Shown: piece by piece, positions 1 to 14,200 of the stretch
Numbering within the stretch: position 1 is the first letter of the stretch
How the letters are laid out: the number at the start of each line of letters is the position of its first letter
NCBI GenBank assembly: GCA_030704615.1
Contig: CM060733.1
Coordinates: 2,914,001 to 2,978,000, forward strand
DNA from: Takakia lepidozioides
Taxonomy: Eukaryota > Plantae > Bryophyta
DNA: 64,000 nucleotides
Reading direction: 5' to 3'
Notes under the pieces: model-generated
Database searches by the model: none
Told to the model about the DNA's origin: nothing
Seen by the model: only the letters and a program-made list of their open reading frames with translations
Made by a program: the position numbers and the translations under genes

Positions 1-3000
1 CCGCTTGTCCAAAAATCATGAGACCAAGCCCGTGCACCCCTCCTCATCAAGGGCTTTCCAACGGCACCAAGCACCCGCGCTAGGCCTGCGGTTTGGGAGA
101 TCTCAACAACGCTACAAAACAAAACAAAACAAAACAAATGTCTCGCTTCATATATTGACTAGGGTAGCCTGTGCCATTGGCCCAAGTGTCCAGGGTCATC
201 TAAGCCCATGTGCAATCTCCTATGTATCCAAGTGTGTCTCCTATGTGGAGGCCCATCATGTCGAGGCCCAAGTCGACCTCTACGGTAGCTTGTGTCGTTG
301 GCCCAAGTGTAAATAATTGAAATCTAAGACCGGGAATTTCCTATTATCATAGTGCGTCTCCTATATCAAGGCCCATCTAAGCCCAAGTGCAATCTATTTT
401 ATGTATCCAAGTGCATCTCCCGTGTAGATGCCCAAGTGTCCACTGTTATTTAAGCCCAAGTGCACTCTCCTATGTATCCAAGTGCATCTCCTATGTATCA
501 AGTGACATCTCCCATGTGCGTCTCCTATGTCGAGGCCCATCTAAGCCCAGTGTGCAATCTTTTATGTATCCAAGTGCATCTCCCATGTAGATGCCCAAGT
601 GTCCACTGTCATTTAAGAACAAGTGCAATTTTTTATGTATCCTAGTGCATCTCTTATGTTGAGGCCCAAGTGCGACCTCTAGTGTAGCCTATGCCGTTGG
701 CCCATGTGTGAAAAATTGAAATCCAAACCCAAGTGCAATCTTCTATTTATGTATCCAAGTGCATCTCCCATGTAGAGGCCCAAGTGTGACCTCCAGTGTC
801 CACTGCAAATCCCCAATGTATCCAAAGACCTACGGTTTGGGAGATCTCTATGTCATTGCCCACTTTGCTATTTTTGCAATCTCCCCTGTCGAGGCTTCAT
901 ATATTGATATATCCACTTTTCTATTTTTTACGAATATCCAGCGACCAAAAATACTTGAAATTCCAAATCTCCCACATGAAGGGCCAATCATTGCTCTAGA
1001 AAAACCCACTTTGCTATTTTTCTCAAATTTCCAACGACCCAAAGCACTTGAAATTCCAGATCTCCCACACCGCTGGTCCAAAAATCATGAGACCAAGCCG
1101 GTGCACCCCTGCTCACCGAGGGCTTTCCAATGACACCAAGCACCCGCATTGGGGCCGCGCAGTTTGGGAGATCTCAATGATGCTACAAAACAAAACAAAC
1201 GTCTCGCTTCATATATTGATATGAATTGTTTTGTTTTGTTTTGTTTTGTTTTGTCACGTTGAGATGTCCCAAACCGTGGGGCCCAGCATGGGTGCTTGGT
1301 ACCGTTGGAAAGCCCTCAACGGGGAGGGGTGCACGGGCTTGGTCTCATGATTTTTGGACCTACAGTGTGCGAGATGTGGAATTTAAAGTACTTTGGGTCG
1401 CTGGAAATTCGGGAAAAATAGCAAAGTGGGCATTCCTGGGACAATGGTGGGAGCCTCGATAGGAGAGATATCAAGGGAAAGGTCTCCGGCTCAAATCTGG
1501 TCGTAGGCTCTGTGGGAAAAGAATGATGAGATATGGCTAAAACGACTTTCAAGTACTTTTGGTCGTTGGACAATGATTGGAGCCTCGAAAGGAGAGATAT
1601 CAAGGGAAAGGTCTCCGTTTCAAATCTGGTCGTAGGCTCTGTGGAAAAAAAATATATTAGATACGGCTTGCTTCATATATTTGATGCACTTGGACACTCA
1701 ACGGCACAGGCTACCCTAGTCAATATATGAAGCGAGGCGGTTTGTTGGTTTGTTTGTTTTGTTTTGTTTTGTAGCGTTGAGATGCCCCAAACCGCAAGGC
1801 CCCAGCCATGGTGCTTGGTACCCTTGGAAAGCCCTCGATGAGGAGGGGTGTACCAGCTTGGTCTCATGATTTTTGGACCTACGGTGTGGGATATGTGGCA
1901 TTTCAAGTACCTGTGGTCGCTGGAAATTCGCGAAAAAATAGCAAAGTGGGCATTCCTGGGGCAACGATTGGAGCCTCGACGGGAGATATATCAAGGGGAG
2001 GGTCTCCGGTTCAAATCTAGTCATAAGCTCTGTGAAAAAACAAATGATGAGATATGGCTAAACAAATTTCAAGTACTTTTGGTCGCTGGACAATGATTGG
2101 AGCAATGAATTGAAATGATAGGAGACGCACTTGGATACATAGGAGATTGCACTTGGGCTTTGATTTCAATTCTTCACATATGGGCCAATGGCACAGGCTA
2201 CCCCAGATCTCCCAAACTGTAGGGTCTCTGGATACATAAGGGATTGCACTTAGACTTAGATGACACTTGGGACACTTGGGCCAACGGCACAGGCTACCCT
2301 AGCCTCGACAAGAGATAATCAATAATGATTGGATATATTACTACTCAATAAATTCATGGAAAACAATTAAATTGGGCCTTGACATATGAGACGTACTTGG
2401 ATACATAGGAGATTACACTTGGGCTTTAGATGACACTGGACACTTGGGCCTCTACATGGGAGATGCACTTGGATACATAAATAGAAGATTGCACTTGAGC
2501 TTAGATGGCCCTCGACATGGGAGACGTACTTCGATACATAGGAAATCGCATGTGGTCTTAGATTTCAATTCTTCACACATGGGCCGACGGCAGAGGCTAC
2601 ACTAGAGGTCCCACTTAGACTTCGTGAAAAATAGCAAATTGGGCTTTCCTGGAACAATGATATGGAGAATATCTCCCAAATTGCAGGGGCTCTAGATACA
2701 TAGGGGATTGCACTTGGACTTAGATGACACTGGACACTTGGGCCAACGACACAGGCTACCCTAGTCAATATATGAAGCGAGACGTTTGTTTTGTTTTGTT
2801 TTGTTTTGTCACGTTGAGATGTCCCGAACAGCGGGCCCAGCGCTGGTGCTTGATACCGTTGGAAAGCCCTCAATGAGGAGGGGTGCACGGGCTTGGTCTC
2901 ATGGAGGTCACACTTGGGCCTCTACATGGGAGATGCACTTGGATACATGAATAGAAGATTGCACTTGGGCTTAGATTTCAATTTTTCACACATGGGCCAA

Positions 3001-3075
3001 CGGCATAGGCTACACTAGAGGTCGCACTTGGGCCTCAACATAAGAGACGCACTGGGATACATCAAGAAATGCACT
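1..3075. repeat. Complex fold-back repeat made of shuffled sub-repeats; orientation flips near 1225
   Basis: About 15-230 is the reverse complement of about 2695-2903. About 636-795 is the near-perfect reverse complement of about 2902-3060. Sub-units cccaagtgcaatctcctatgtatcc and (aaaac)n recur, and the ORFs here are repeat artefacts. Confidence 0.9.
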
Positions 3076-3078
3076 TGG

Positions 3079-3420
3079 AGAGCAGCTGCGGCGTGAGCAC
3101 GCCGCACTCACGCGCGCACTAAGCGTGAGCACGCCGCACTCACGCGCGCACTAAGCGTGAGCAGATTCCACTAATCGTGAGCAGATTCCCTTAAGCGTGA
3201 GCAGAAACTGGAAGTGGAGCGTATAACCGTGGAAGAAGCAAGGCCTATTGTCGTGGATGCAAACTTATGCCTATTGGAAGCTAAGATACCATGCTGGGAC
3301 CAAAGGCGCCGACCTCCATGCCCGAAAATGTGGGATGAATGTGTACGAAGAACTTCTCGATGAAGTAAGCAAGGATGAATGGGTTCAGAGAAATGAATTT
3401 TGGATGAAAATGAGTGGATG
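3079..3420 (+). pseudogene. Possible 3' remnant of a coiled-coil-repeat gene converging on the MULE transposase
   Basis: The 32-nt unit gcgtgagcacgccgcactcacgcgcgcactaa occurs twice, followed by decaying 20-21-nt units. It reads EQLRREHAALTRAL...KREQKLEVERITVEEARPIVVDANLCLLEAK with frameshifts. Confidence 0.3.
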
Positions 3421-3836
3421 AATGTAACGTGAATGAATGAAATATAATTGTTTGTAAAAAAAACATTCATGACATTCATCCCATTCATAACAGTCATGGA
3501 GTATCATCTCATTCATTCATCTAATAGAAAGTGAAGTCATTAGCCAATTTTGCAAAACAAGATTGATCTCATTCAAGAAAGCGTTGCTATTAACTAGCAC
3601 TAAGCCAGATACAAGTCCACCGTTGGAACACAAACATGCATTGAAAAATAAGATTGAAAAGAAATATTCATTGCAAAACAACATTGATCTCATTCAAAAA
3701 ATGTTCCCTTGAAGCAAACGTAGCCATCTCCAAAGTCCGATACACCCAGATTTGAGTAACAATGACAAGGAGGGCAAACAGGTAGAGTTGCAATGCAAAT
3801 CCAGACTACATCTCAATTTGTACCCGAAGTATCTCA

Positions 3837-6360
3837 CTATAGCAGTGTATGAACGTCGGTGGGTCCTATCGTACATTGGTGAATGTACGTGTCTCGTTTT
3901 GGATTGCAAAACATCCTCCGAATGTAGATGTAGTAAAGATGCTTGCACGGGACAAATTTCACTCTGTTGCCGAGAGAGCTTGAGAGCGTGTTCTGAAAGT
4001 CCGGACAAGTGCAATTAGGGAAATCGCCAATAGTAATCTCATAGGTCCGGTCATGAACAACCGATCCAGAGGTCGCCATGGTGTATACCCGCCCATACCC
4101 TGGCAAGGGAACATTCACAATTTGGGTGATGCGACACTGCAGGGTATAACTAGCAGACTCCATCTTGCACTCATTGTCTGCACCAGCCTCAACCTGACGT
4201 CCATTCCTTTTTGTGGGCCTATCGTTGCCATGTCGGGGACGTGCCGTAAAGTTGGAAGGGAAAGCCATTGGGTTAACTGGGGTTACGACAGGAGGGGCTC
4301 TCGGAAGGCGAAACCCGGCCTCCTCCAGAATGTCAATCTCCAGTTTGGAGAGTGCGGTTCCTAACTTCACTGGCCACACGGCTGGAATATGAGGCTTCCA
4401 ATATCACAAATTCCCGAATAGTCCCCATGACATAGCGCACAATGTCATCCGGGTAGAACCAAAACTTGTGAGGCCTAGACTCCCGCGACTGGTAATGCTT
4501 GAACAACCCGGTGAATGTCGAGGCAGGAGTTCCGCAAGTCCCTTTGGAAATTTGGGACTTGCACTTTTGAAATGAGGGTGCCCTAACAGCGGCACATTTG
4601 ACTTTTGATCCATGGGAAGTTTGTTCTATATGCCACATTGCGTCAGTACGGTCCGACTCCTTTACCGGCAGCATGTTCTCCCCTTCCCCGGGGACTGTGG
4701 TGGTTGGAGACTCCTGAGGGAATGAAGGCGATGAAGACTCCCCCACAAAGGAGGTGGCACCCACAAAAGTGGGGGGCACATGCACACGTGGTACTGAAAA
4801 GTTATCCCGATCATGCCGGTGCGAATCTGCATCCGAACCTGGTGGGGTGTCATGTTTTTGTTTGCACGAACCAAACCTCTCATCTACTTCCAGATGTGCA
4901 AGCCGTGACTGCAATGGTGTTCCACTCGTTGACAGCCCGTGCCATCTTAGTAGGGTCTTTTAATCTGTTTGCAGCCCTGAGCAACAACTCTACCCGGTTT
5001 GGCCCCTTGCCTACACCCTCCCCGAAGGAAATCTCGGTACCGTGTTTGTTGTGATAGTGCACGGACCATGTCATCAGATGTGGCAACGTACAGATCCCGC
5101 CCATTCTTCCCGGATTGCTTCATCCAAACACTGTGCACTGTCTCCGAAAGATTGCAGGAGGGCATATCCGCAATATCCTCAAGCGTCCTATCCTGCCAGC
5201 CACCAGATTTTCCAGTGAGTTTTCATGTTTTAAGTGCAATTTTACTGGACAAAAGCAGACATCAAATGAATCTTTACCTCATGATAAGTGAAGAAACAAA
5301 ACCCTCAAACTCCTAGAACTTACTATTGTCATGAAATCCCCCCACTGTCTGTATCAGAAATGCCAAAACCCAAACCAGTTGTCCAGCTCTTTGAGGCCTT
5401 CCTGGCTTGATGCATCCAAGGAGTACCACCATGCTCGGATAGTTTGATATAGGGAGTTTGCCTCATGCTTCGTCGTTGCATTTTTGTACAAGTGGCATAA
5501 TCTCATGTGCTCGTCCTACAATTCCACTTTTATGCAACTCTTTGTATGTCTTCGAAGGGACTGCATCCAATGTAAGAGACAAGTGCGCTCCCTACCTTGC
5601 ATAGGTATTTTGGGGTTTCTAGAACCAAACACACACCGTACTGCATTCTAGTTTGCCTGTGCGTTGTTAGCCATGAATCCATTGAAGTTTAGATTAGGCA
5701 CACCATTCAAAGTCATCACGTTCACAAGAGACCTCCACATCAAAATTTGAGATTCTGTGTCCTCGGATTGCATGTCGCAAACTGCTGTAGTCATGACTAT
5801 TTGGTAAGTTGGATCATACACATGACAAGCCATGGTTGTCCAGTCCTTAACACATTTGACATGGTCGAACATGAGCCATGATTTCTCCAGATCGCCTCCG
5901 GGCTGCATTCTTCGGACCAGGCAAACTCCACTACCCACCCCTACCATGGACATTTTGAACAAGTACACTTTCATGGATCCCTGGCCTGGGAAGATACTAT
6001 CTTGAATAAAGTCATATTTGCTTCTACGCTTCAAGTCCAAAATGCTATCAAGAGAACCTCTGTTCCTTGGGCCCATTCGCAGTGCGTTGATGTGATTCCG
6101 GACATTAGGCGAGCTTAAAGTAGAAAAATGATCCATAACAGCATCCAGCATTGAGGAGTCCAGCCTGGATGAGGTATCGTCTGGTTCTCCAAGAATATAT
6201 TTTTGCAAGAACGTCTTGCTTGCTGCAAGGGCAATGGCTGACGGCGAAACATTCAACGTTGTGAACTTCCTGCTGCAGGAGTCCCAGAACCGTATCTATA
6301 CTTTCCCTGCAATCTCCTTTGTACACGGGGTGATCGTGATTTCCGAGATGTATACAAGCC
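3837..6360 (-). pseudogene. Mutator-like (MULE) transposase with C-terminal SWIM zinc finger; disrupted, 5' part cut off by the Gypsy insertion
   Basis: ORF pieces 5648-6256 (MFDHVKCVKDWTTMACHVYD...CDMQSED...FMANNAQAN), 4947-5165 (PSCNLSETVHSVW), 4333-4914 and 3837-4379 (SWIM: CTCPDF...CKH). Multiple stops and frameshifts. Confidence 0.8.
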
Positions 6361-8028
6361 TGACGTGCCCTGAGCGCACGCGGTCAGGGTGACGGCATAC
6401 TAGCTAGGGGGGTCGTGATAAGTTGCGGTGTAGGTTGGGCTCACTGAACCGCCTACCCAACTGCGGTTAGTGCAGGGGGTCTGTGGTCGTACATGATGGC
6501 TATGATCACTATCTAAGTCCTATCAGCAAAGAGAAGTCGCGTACTCCTCTTCACAGGGCGAGTTTGCGTTTCTAAGTCTTACGGTATTCTACAATCTACT
6601 CAGTAACTGCCTTCCAAGTCTTTGAGTTTTATTGTCTAATTCCTACCGCCTAGGCCCCCGAGCCGCCTATAGCCTAGATATGTTTTTATCCCTTCACAAG
6701 GCACCTGCCGAGCCTAGGAAGAAGAGGGAAAATCTTCCTCTCCCAATGCCCCTCCTTCACTGAGTGCTTGAGTTCAAGTCACATCTAATGGAAGGGCCAA
6801 CACTTTCTACCCCAGTGCCTAAAATACTTTGTTTTAGCAAAGGAGAGGCCAAAATACCTATCATAATCCAATAGGTTCACCATAAGGTGGTTCTAAGCCC
6901 CTCAAATCAATAAGTTCAATCAGTTTAATAAACGCCCTTCAGGCTATAACTTGCACCACGTGCATCTATCCTATTTAAGCAATTTCGCACATCAGAAATG
7001 CTGGAAAATAAAAGAATTTAAGAAAATCAGGAAAAATACCTTCCTTATGGACAAATATGGGGAATCCAAAGATGCCCTTGGCGCCTAAAAATGCCCTTGG
7101 GAACCCCGTGGGAACCCAATGAGAACCGAGGACGCCCGGAAACCGTTTCCTGCCGCGAGGAACTGCTGCAGCCCTATCGGATAAATGAACCTCGCTGAGA
7201 ATTCATCCCTGCCACTACATTCGTCAGTCCAGAACATGCATGCGTAAATAATAAAATAACCACTAGTGGGTCTAAGCCAGATTTCACCCCTTTACATTAT
7301 TTTAAGGCTTTGGTGCGCTTTCCCTCCGTAGAAAAGTCATCCTCTACCTTGGGCTCTGACACAAAGGCTCACTGTAGCCGAGTTTTTAGGACAGAGTACT
7401 TTCTCTCCTCCCTTGTTTCTCGAGGTCTCCGCCTCTAGCTCACTGCTCACAGACCCGCTCAGCTCTCTCTCTCTTGGAGTCATAAGAACACTCCCCTCCA
7501 AGGCTACGTCCTCCCAAAATCCTAGATTTTATCTACCATTGGCGCCTTAGATAATGGCTCCTAACCCTTAGAGGGGTATAAATTGAATATTCTAATAGCT
7601 AAAGGTAAGAATACCCATTTTTAAGGGAATTTGCAGACGCATTGCCCATTGGGTAAAACGCCCCCGCCATGTGGCGGGGCGCAGATCCACGCGTAGCGTC
7701 CAAGCCGTGGACCGCTGCGGTTAACGGCGGCGTCCGCCGGTCCGTCTCAGTTTTTGGTTATCCCGCGGGTAAAGACCCGCACCCTGCTCGCACGCTTCAG
7801 GGCCTCACGCCTGAGCCACGCGGCTGATGTACTTGATCTCAGTATGACTTAAGGTCAGCGCTGGGGCCCCGCTCCCCATACGTCGTGGCTGGGCCACGGC
7901 TGCCTCCACTCTTTAAGTAATCGAGTGCCTACTCTCTAGGCGCAGCACCCGGCTCCTCCCGGGCTGCTCGCAACGTTGGGGCAGCTGTTGTCTTTAGCTC
8001 GCCCAAACCCCAAGACAAAAGAAATACA
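6361..8028 (-). repeat. 3' LTR (about 1.67 kb, TG...CA)
   Basis: The first ~1 kb matches 19118-20123. The right end is inferred from ...gaaataca followed by a pyrimidine tract, which reads as a PPT on the minus strand. Confidence 0.75.
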
Positions 8029-8042
8029 ACCCACCCTCTCCT
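8029..8042 (-). other. Putative polypurine tract
   Basis: Minus strand reads aggagagggtgggt immediately before TGTATTTC. Confidence 0.5.
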
Positions 8043-11000
8043 AGGCCTCCATGGCTTGCTAGTGGGGGGGGGGGGGGGATTAGCACATAGTGACCTTATA
8101 TCATAGATCCAGCCTGCTGGCCTTCCTTTTCCAGAGCTGGCTATATTTCAAATTAGTAACCAAACACAAAGATTCTTTCTTCAAACAATTCAAATACAAG
8201 CCTCTATTGATACCCTTTCTAATAGGCTATGGGGTTCTTCCCCTTGTCAATTCTAGACATGAAATAGTGAGATTCCACAATGCACACTTCTCTTTTGAAG
8301 AGCCTAAATCAGATTTTCAACTTCAAGCTTTGCTTGGAAAATAAATGAATCACATACATAAATGGTGAAATGGTAAGATGGGATCAACCTTTCAATGCGA
8401 GAGTGTTTGGGATGCTCTATCAACTCAAGTAATGGTACTTTATGCGGCCTCCACTTGGGCTCTCGTCCATAAGTCCACATCAGCCCCTCCTACTCGTCCT
8501 CAAGTCACTTTCCTCCACATGAAATTGCCCTCTTCCTTCACAAATGAAATGGCTAAAAAGGCCCACAAGCTAGGTCACGTGCCTTAGGTCACAAGAATTC
8601 TACCTAACTAGGGAGCTTCAAAGCTCCACTCCCTAGGATCTCGCCTCCTCAAGCCTCAAACTAGCAAACACTACAACAAGAAGAGGAAACTAAGCAAGAT
8701 GAAGAACTAGATGAAGAACAAGAGAAGCTTTGCCCTTCTTTTATACTGTTTTTGAGCCTAATAAACTAATGGAAAATATTCATTAAACTATTGTTTCCTT
8801 GGAGGATCTAAAATATAATATTCAACATGGATGAAAAGTCTTAAAGGCAAATGAAAGCTGGCTTTTCATCCATCCAATTGGATAACCAGTTGGCGCAAGT
8901 TGTTATTTCATCCATCCAGCTCCTCAAGGCGAATTCCAGGATTTTTCATCCATCCAAGAAGCAGAAATACAAATAATCAGCCCCCACGAGTGCCGTCAAC
9001 TCAATAATTTGGCGCCGCTGCTAATCAGCTCTATAAATCACCAAACTTGGTGAAAAACTACAATTATATACCCCATATCAGCTTGTAAATTCTCAGCTCC
9101 ATCGGTGGTAAAAAGTTTTGCCTTTTGCCATTCGTCGTACTTTTGCTACATAAAGATTTTGTGATATTTTTGGAAATCAAATCCCTGGTGATGGCTCTGG
9201 GGTCTTTGACCCTGCCACTGAGTCATAGGTTGTCCGGAGTCCCCTCCAATTGTCCCGCACTGCTAACTAGTCCACGCTTCGCCGTTTGAAGTCGTCCTGA
9301 CCTGCTGTCATTCCGATGCAGCCATTTGTTTTGTTGCGATATTTCATCGCTCTACATGTCGCTTCCACCAATTGCCAAGCTCCTCGCCGTGTGTTCCTAC
9401 TGGACTTGAAAGGCGGGAGAAAAGAGATATCGCAATATGGGACTGGAACAGTCGTCTTGTATTGTTTGAACAGGATTGCCTTGCCGTTTCTGGTACTGAA
9501 TTGGCAACCTAATCTGCTGTCGATGCAGCTTCCTACGATCATCTTGACGCCAGAGTTCTTCTCCATGGTCGTCGCAGATCAAAAATGATCTGGAAAGAAA
9601 AGTGTCCAATATATGCATCTACATATATGGCGACCAATGGGGAACACTCGTCCCGAGTGTAAAAGAATCCAGGATCTTTGGTTCGTAAAATCCCCCTACG
9701 AGGGTATCCTTGATATCCCTTGGAGTCAACGACTACCTTGAGTAAAAGATGAAGAATAATTCCCTTTAGGCTCTTCCTCCTCGGAGAGAGTTCGAGTTTT
9801 CCGGGAGAGAGGAGGAAATAAAAGCAAAAGCCAAAAAATGTTTCAAAACCATCCAACTCGCACTCTTTGGAGAGAGTTGGAGTTCCCAGATAAAAAATAC
9901 TTCAAAACCGCCATTCTCCCCCACCGGACTGGGTTCGAATCCCCTAGATGATGTAAGAGAGATATGTGCGGTGCAAATTGATGATTCTACTCTAAAATAG
10001 CCTTGGAAGGACTTTGTATCTACCCTACTTAACATGGCTTGCAGGGACCTCTCTTGGTTTTGCACAGTTCATGGTAAATCGCTCAATGCGAACTACGACC
10101 TCGACTCGAATCTGGAAGGGTCTAGAAGCTCCTAAACATGATGCTTCTGGGAGTCCTAATTCTTGGCTCCCGCAACAGCAAAAAAGATTGGATACCCAAG
10201 GACCCTACCCATGAAATAGACGCACCATTTCTAACTACAATCTAACTATGTTCATGACTCGCAGGGACCTCTCATGGATTTCGCAGAGCCCATGATGAAA
10301 TTCTTGACCTAAGAAACGATTGGATCCATTCTGAACCTCAGAGGACCATACTCTGGAACAACGTATCATTCTCTCTGAAGAGGTCACAGGCCCTTCTGGG
10401 TTTTCCTGTGCCGGACGCCCTTCACATTTGTGAGGGGAGCAGTAACCACTGCTCTACAACTCACCTTTTACCCCCTCACTGCTTCTGACTTTTCTCTCAC
10501 TTCGAGGAATGCTGCAGCGGGGTTAGGTAAAAATGACAAAAGGTTTAAGGTTAGAATCCCCGTGTGGGAAGTCGTTGTGCTCCATGCAGGGAGCATCAGT
10601 ATACTGCAGAATGCTTGATACAACAAACATTTACTTTTTCTCGAGATATGCTTGAGCAAACACAGATATACTCTGTGATGAAAAAACAAATGATGATCGA
10701 CAATGTGCATTGAACAAGAGTGCATATATTAGACAACCCATTGTTCCCATTCCTGCACATGTGGTTCTTCACTTGGTGAAGAAGAAAAGAAACTCACAAC
10801 ACGTGATTAGTAACGAAGATGTATGAAGTCTTCTACTTGGCAATTGGATGGTCATAGCTTTCATAGCTTATGCCATATCAAACGAATTCTAATTCTACGA
10901 TGTGGGTTAGATTACTGCACTCTATGTGCCCCGCATCCCAAGGTCTGTCCTTGTGGATTCTAATAACTACCTGAAAATTCACTCTGGAGAACAAACCACC

Positions 11001-11284
11001 TCTTTAATGCAACTGCGTTGCCCCGCATCCCAAGATCTATCTTTGGAACTCCAAGAAAGGGTGTTCAATAACCTACTTGGGTAAGAGCCCTACTGTCTTC
11101 TTCCCATTGGAGAAGTTTCATCGGATTATTGCAACTGAGTTGCCCTGCACTCCACCTCGTTGTGGAGCTCCAATAACCAATGAGTCAATGGATAGGAAAT
11201 ACCAACATTTTCTTCCGACAAACCGGGAAGAAATCCTAAGGATCTCTCCCTTAGTGGGGGAATAGTTCATTGGTTAATGGACCT

Positions 11285-14200
11285 CACATGTAGTAGTGCT
11301 TGCACTAGACACCGTTCACCAGGTTGGGGAACTCAACTCCCTTCAGTGTCTCTAGTTGTAATGAGCCGTTGTCAAAAACTGTCTTGACGAGATAGGGGCC
11401 CATATGAGTCGAACTTGGCTTTGAACTCCTCGTTCCGACTGTCGAATAATAGTACAAGATCTCCTGGATCGAAGATTCTCTTTTTGCGCTTAGCATCGAA
11501 ACGAGCCTTCCTTCGTCATTGCACTGCCTCAATGTGCTGAGTTGCTGCTTGCCGGAGTTCATCCAATCCCTCCAACATCTCAAGTCGTTCCTTTAATGAC
11601 TCGGATGTCGCCAACCGTTCGGTAATGGCCGATTGTAGAGATGGGATTTCTGTCTCGATTGGCATGATGGACTCTACCCCATAAACCAATGAAAAGGGGG
11701 GTATGTCGAGTAGTTACCTTATGGGTTGTGCGGAATGCCCACAAGGCCGCCACTCGTTTGTGGATGATAAGGGGTCGCCTTTCGATGTTTGATGGAGAAT
11801 GCCACCATCATTTCCTCGATGACGTCGTTGATGAAGTGAGATCCTCTGTCACTCACTATCTCTTTTGGGCATCCGAATCGGGAAATGATATATTCATAAA
11901 TGAAAGAGGCGGTTACCTGTGCGTTGGCCCCCTTAACCGCCTTGGCTTCTGCCCACTTGGTAAGATACTCAGTGGCTACAATGATGTAGCGATTTTTTCG
12001 ACTCGATGTAGGGTGCACTTCCCCTACATAGTCGATCCCCCACTTCTCAAACGGAGCAAGGGGGAGAGTGGGAACTAACGGCATTCCGAGCCTGTTATCC
12101 CGTTTGGCATACCTCTGACAAGAGTCGCATTTTCGCACATGAACATGGAGGGCCAGTAGTATCCTGCCCTTAAAGCCTTTTGCACTGTGAACCACCCTAC
12201 AAAATGTCCTCCGCACATGCTATCATGGGCTGACTCTAAAATATGGGGAACCTCCTCCGGGGTGACGCATCGCCTCAAGAGTCCATCCAATCCCCTTCTA
12301 TAAAGTTGCCCTCCCACAAGAGCAAACTTCATGCTGCGCAGTCGAAGCCTTCGTCGCGCATGTCGACCAATCCTGGGGGAATTTCCAGGGTGCTCAAATA
12401 TTGAGCAATGTGCTCGTACCATGGAGGGACGGTCTCTATGGAGAACAAGAATGCATCCGGAAAGTCATCATCAATAGGCTCGTCCCCTGTTTTCTCCGAT
12501 AATCGGGAAAGGTGATCGGCCTGAGCATTAAGCCTTCCGGGCTTGTAGACTACCTTGTAGTCGAATTCCTGAAGCAGAATAACCCACCTGACTAAACTTC
12601 CTGTCAAATCGGGCTTATTGGTCAGGTATCATAATGCCATGTGATCAACGAAAAATGTGACAGGCGTCTCCAACAAATAATGCCGATACTTCTTTACGGC
12701 AAAAATCATTCCCAGAGCCTCCCGCTCCGTGGTGCTATACCTCGTTTTGGCGAGTGTCAGCTGTCGACTGGCGAAGGATATCGAATGATCATGGCCATCA
12801 GCATCCGAAGGGCACAGGGCACAGCCTACGGCCACCGCCGAAGCATCAACGTAAACATGGAAAGGCCTATTCCAGTCGGGAGCGGCCAAAACGGGAGCGG
12901 ACACCAAGCGCTCCTTGAGTGTCTCGAAAGACTCCTGACACCCTGTATCCCAGGAAAATACCCGGTTCTTCTTCAATAATCGAGTCAGAGGTAAGGCCTC
13001 TGCTGCATACTTGTCCATAAATTTCCTATACCACCCTGTGTGGCCAAGGAACCCTTTCACCTTAGATGATGTCTCTAGTGCGGGCAGTTCGACTAGGGCG
13101 CTCACCTTTGGGCGCCATCTTTGGTGGTAGTAGAGTGTGTGACTGCAAACACTTCATTGGGTTGAGAGAGATCCCATTCTCCCTGCACCGGATGAAGCAC
13201 TCCCGTAATGCTGCAACGTGATCTTTTGCATCCCCATGGATTGCAACAAAAGTCATCTAAGAAGATGACCAAATTCCTTCTCACGATGTCTGAGAAGGAA
13301 TACATCATGACCCTCTAAAATGTCAGGGGTGCGTTGCACAAGCCAAAGGGCATCCGTGTATAGGCAAAGGTGCCCCATGGTGAAGTAAAGGTGGTTTTCA
13401 ACATGTCCTTTGGGTCAATCAACACCTGATTGTACCCTGAATCCATCCATGAAAATAGTAGAGCTCTTCCCTGCTACTTCTTCCACCAAAGTATCTATGA
13501 ATGACAAGGGAAAATGATCCTTGTGTGTTACCTTGTTAAGGGAGCGGAAGTCCACGCATACCCTTAGGCCTCCAGTGTTCTTTCGGACGATCACCATCGG
13601 AGACACCCATGCTGATGTTTCCACCGGGAAGATAAATTCTGCGGCTAGCAATTTTTTAATCTCTGCTTTAATGAGTAGTGCTAAGTTGGGGTTCACCCTT
13701 CTCTCTCGTTGTCGTCTTGGGGTAGCTCCCGGAATCAGGGGAATGGAATGCATTGCCACGTAAGAAGACACTCCCTTCAATTCGATGTAGGACCATGCAA
13801 AGATGTCCCGAAATTCCTTGAACAGTGCCTGATACTCCAAGGCCTGCTCTGTTGTCAAGTGGGCTCCCACCTTCACCATCTTTGGTGACTCTCCTCCAAC
13901 TGCCATGTCAATCAACTGCGTTGTTGGTTCCGATGTGAAACACGACCTTGGTTCAAATCGAGATCCTTTCGATCCCTGCTGCAAATAAGGAATGTAGGGG
14001 GCGCTATGTTTCATGAATCCCTTTCTAGGTCAAACTCCTCTACAATTCTTATATCCAGAATCTCGCCGTTTTTCTCCTGAGGAATCTCCGGTTCCTGCAG
14101 ACCAACCCGTTCGGCGGATATGGAAAAACATTTGGTCAATAACTCGAACCCCGGAAGTGCCTCGGTTGATACCAAGTGTACCATCACTTCCTTGCCTTGG

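Noticed and set aside
8091-9230. Nested solo LTR
   Set aside because: The composition is LTR-like, but I could not find consistent TG...CA ends with a matching TSD.
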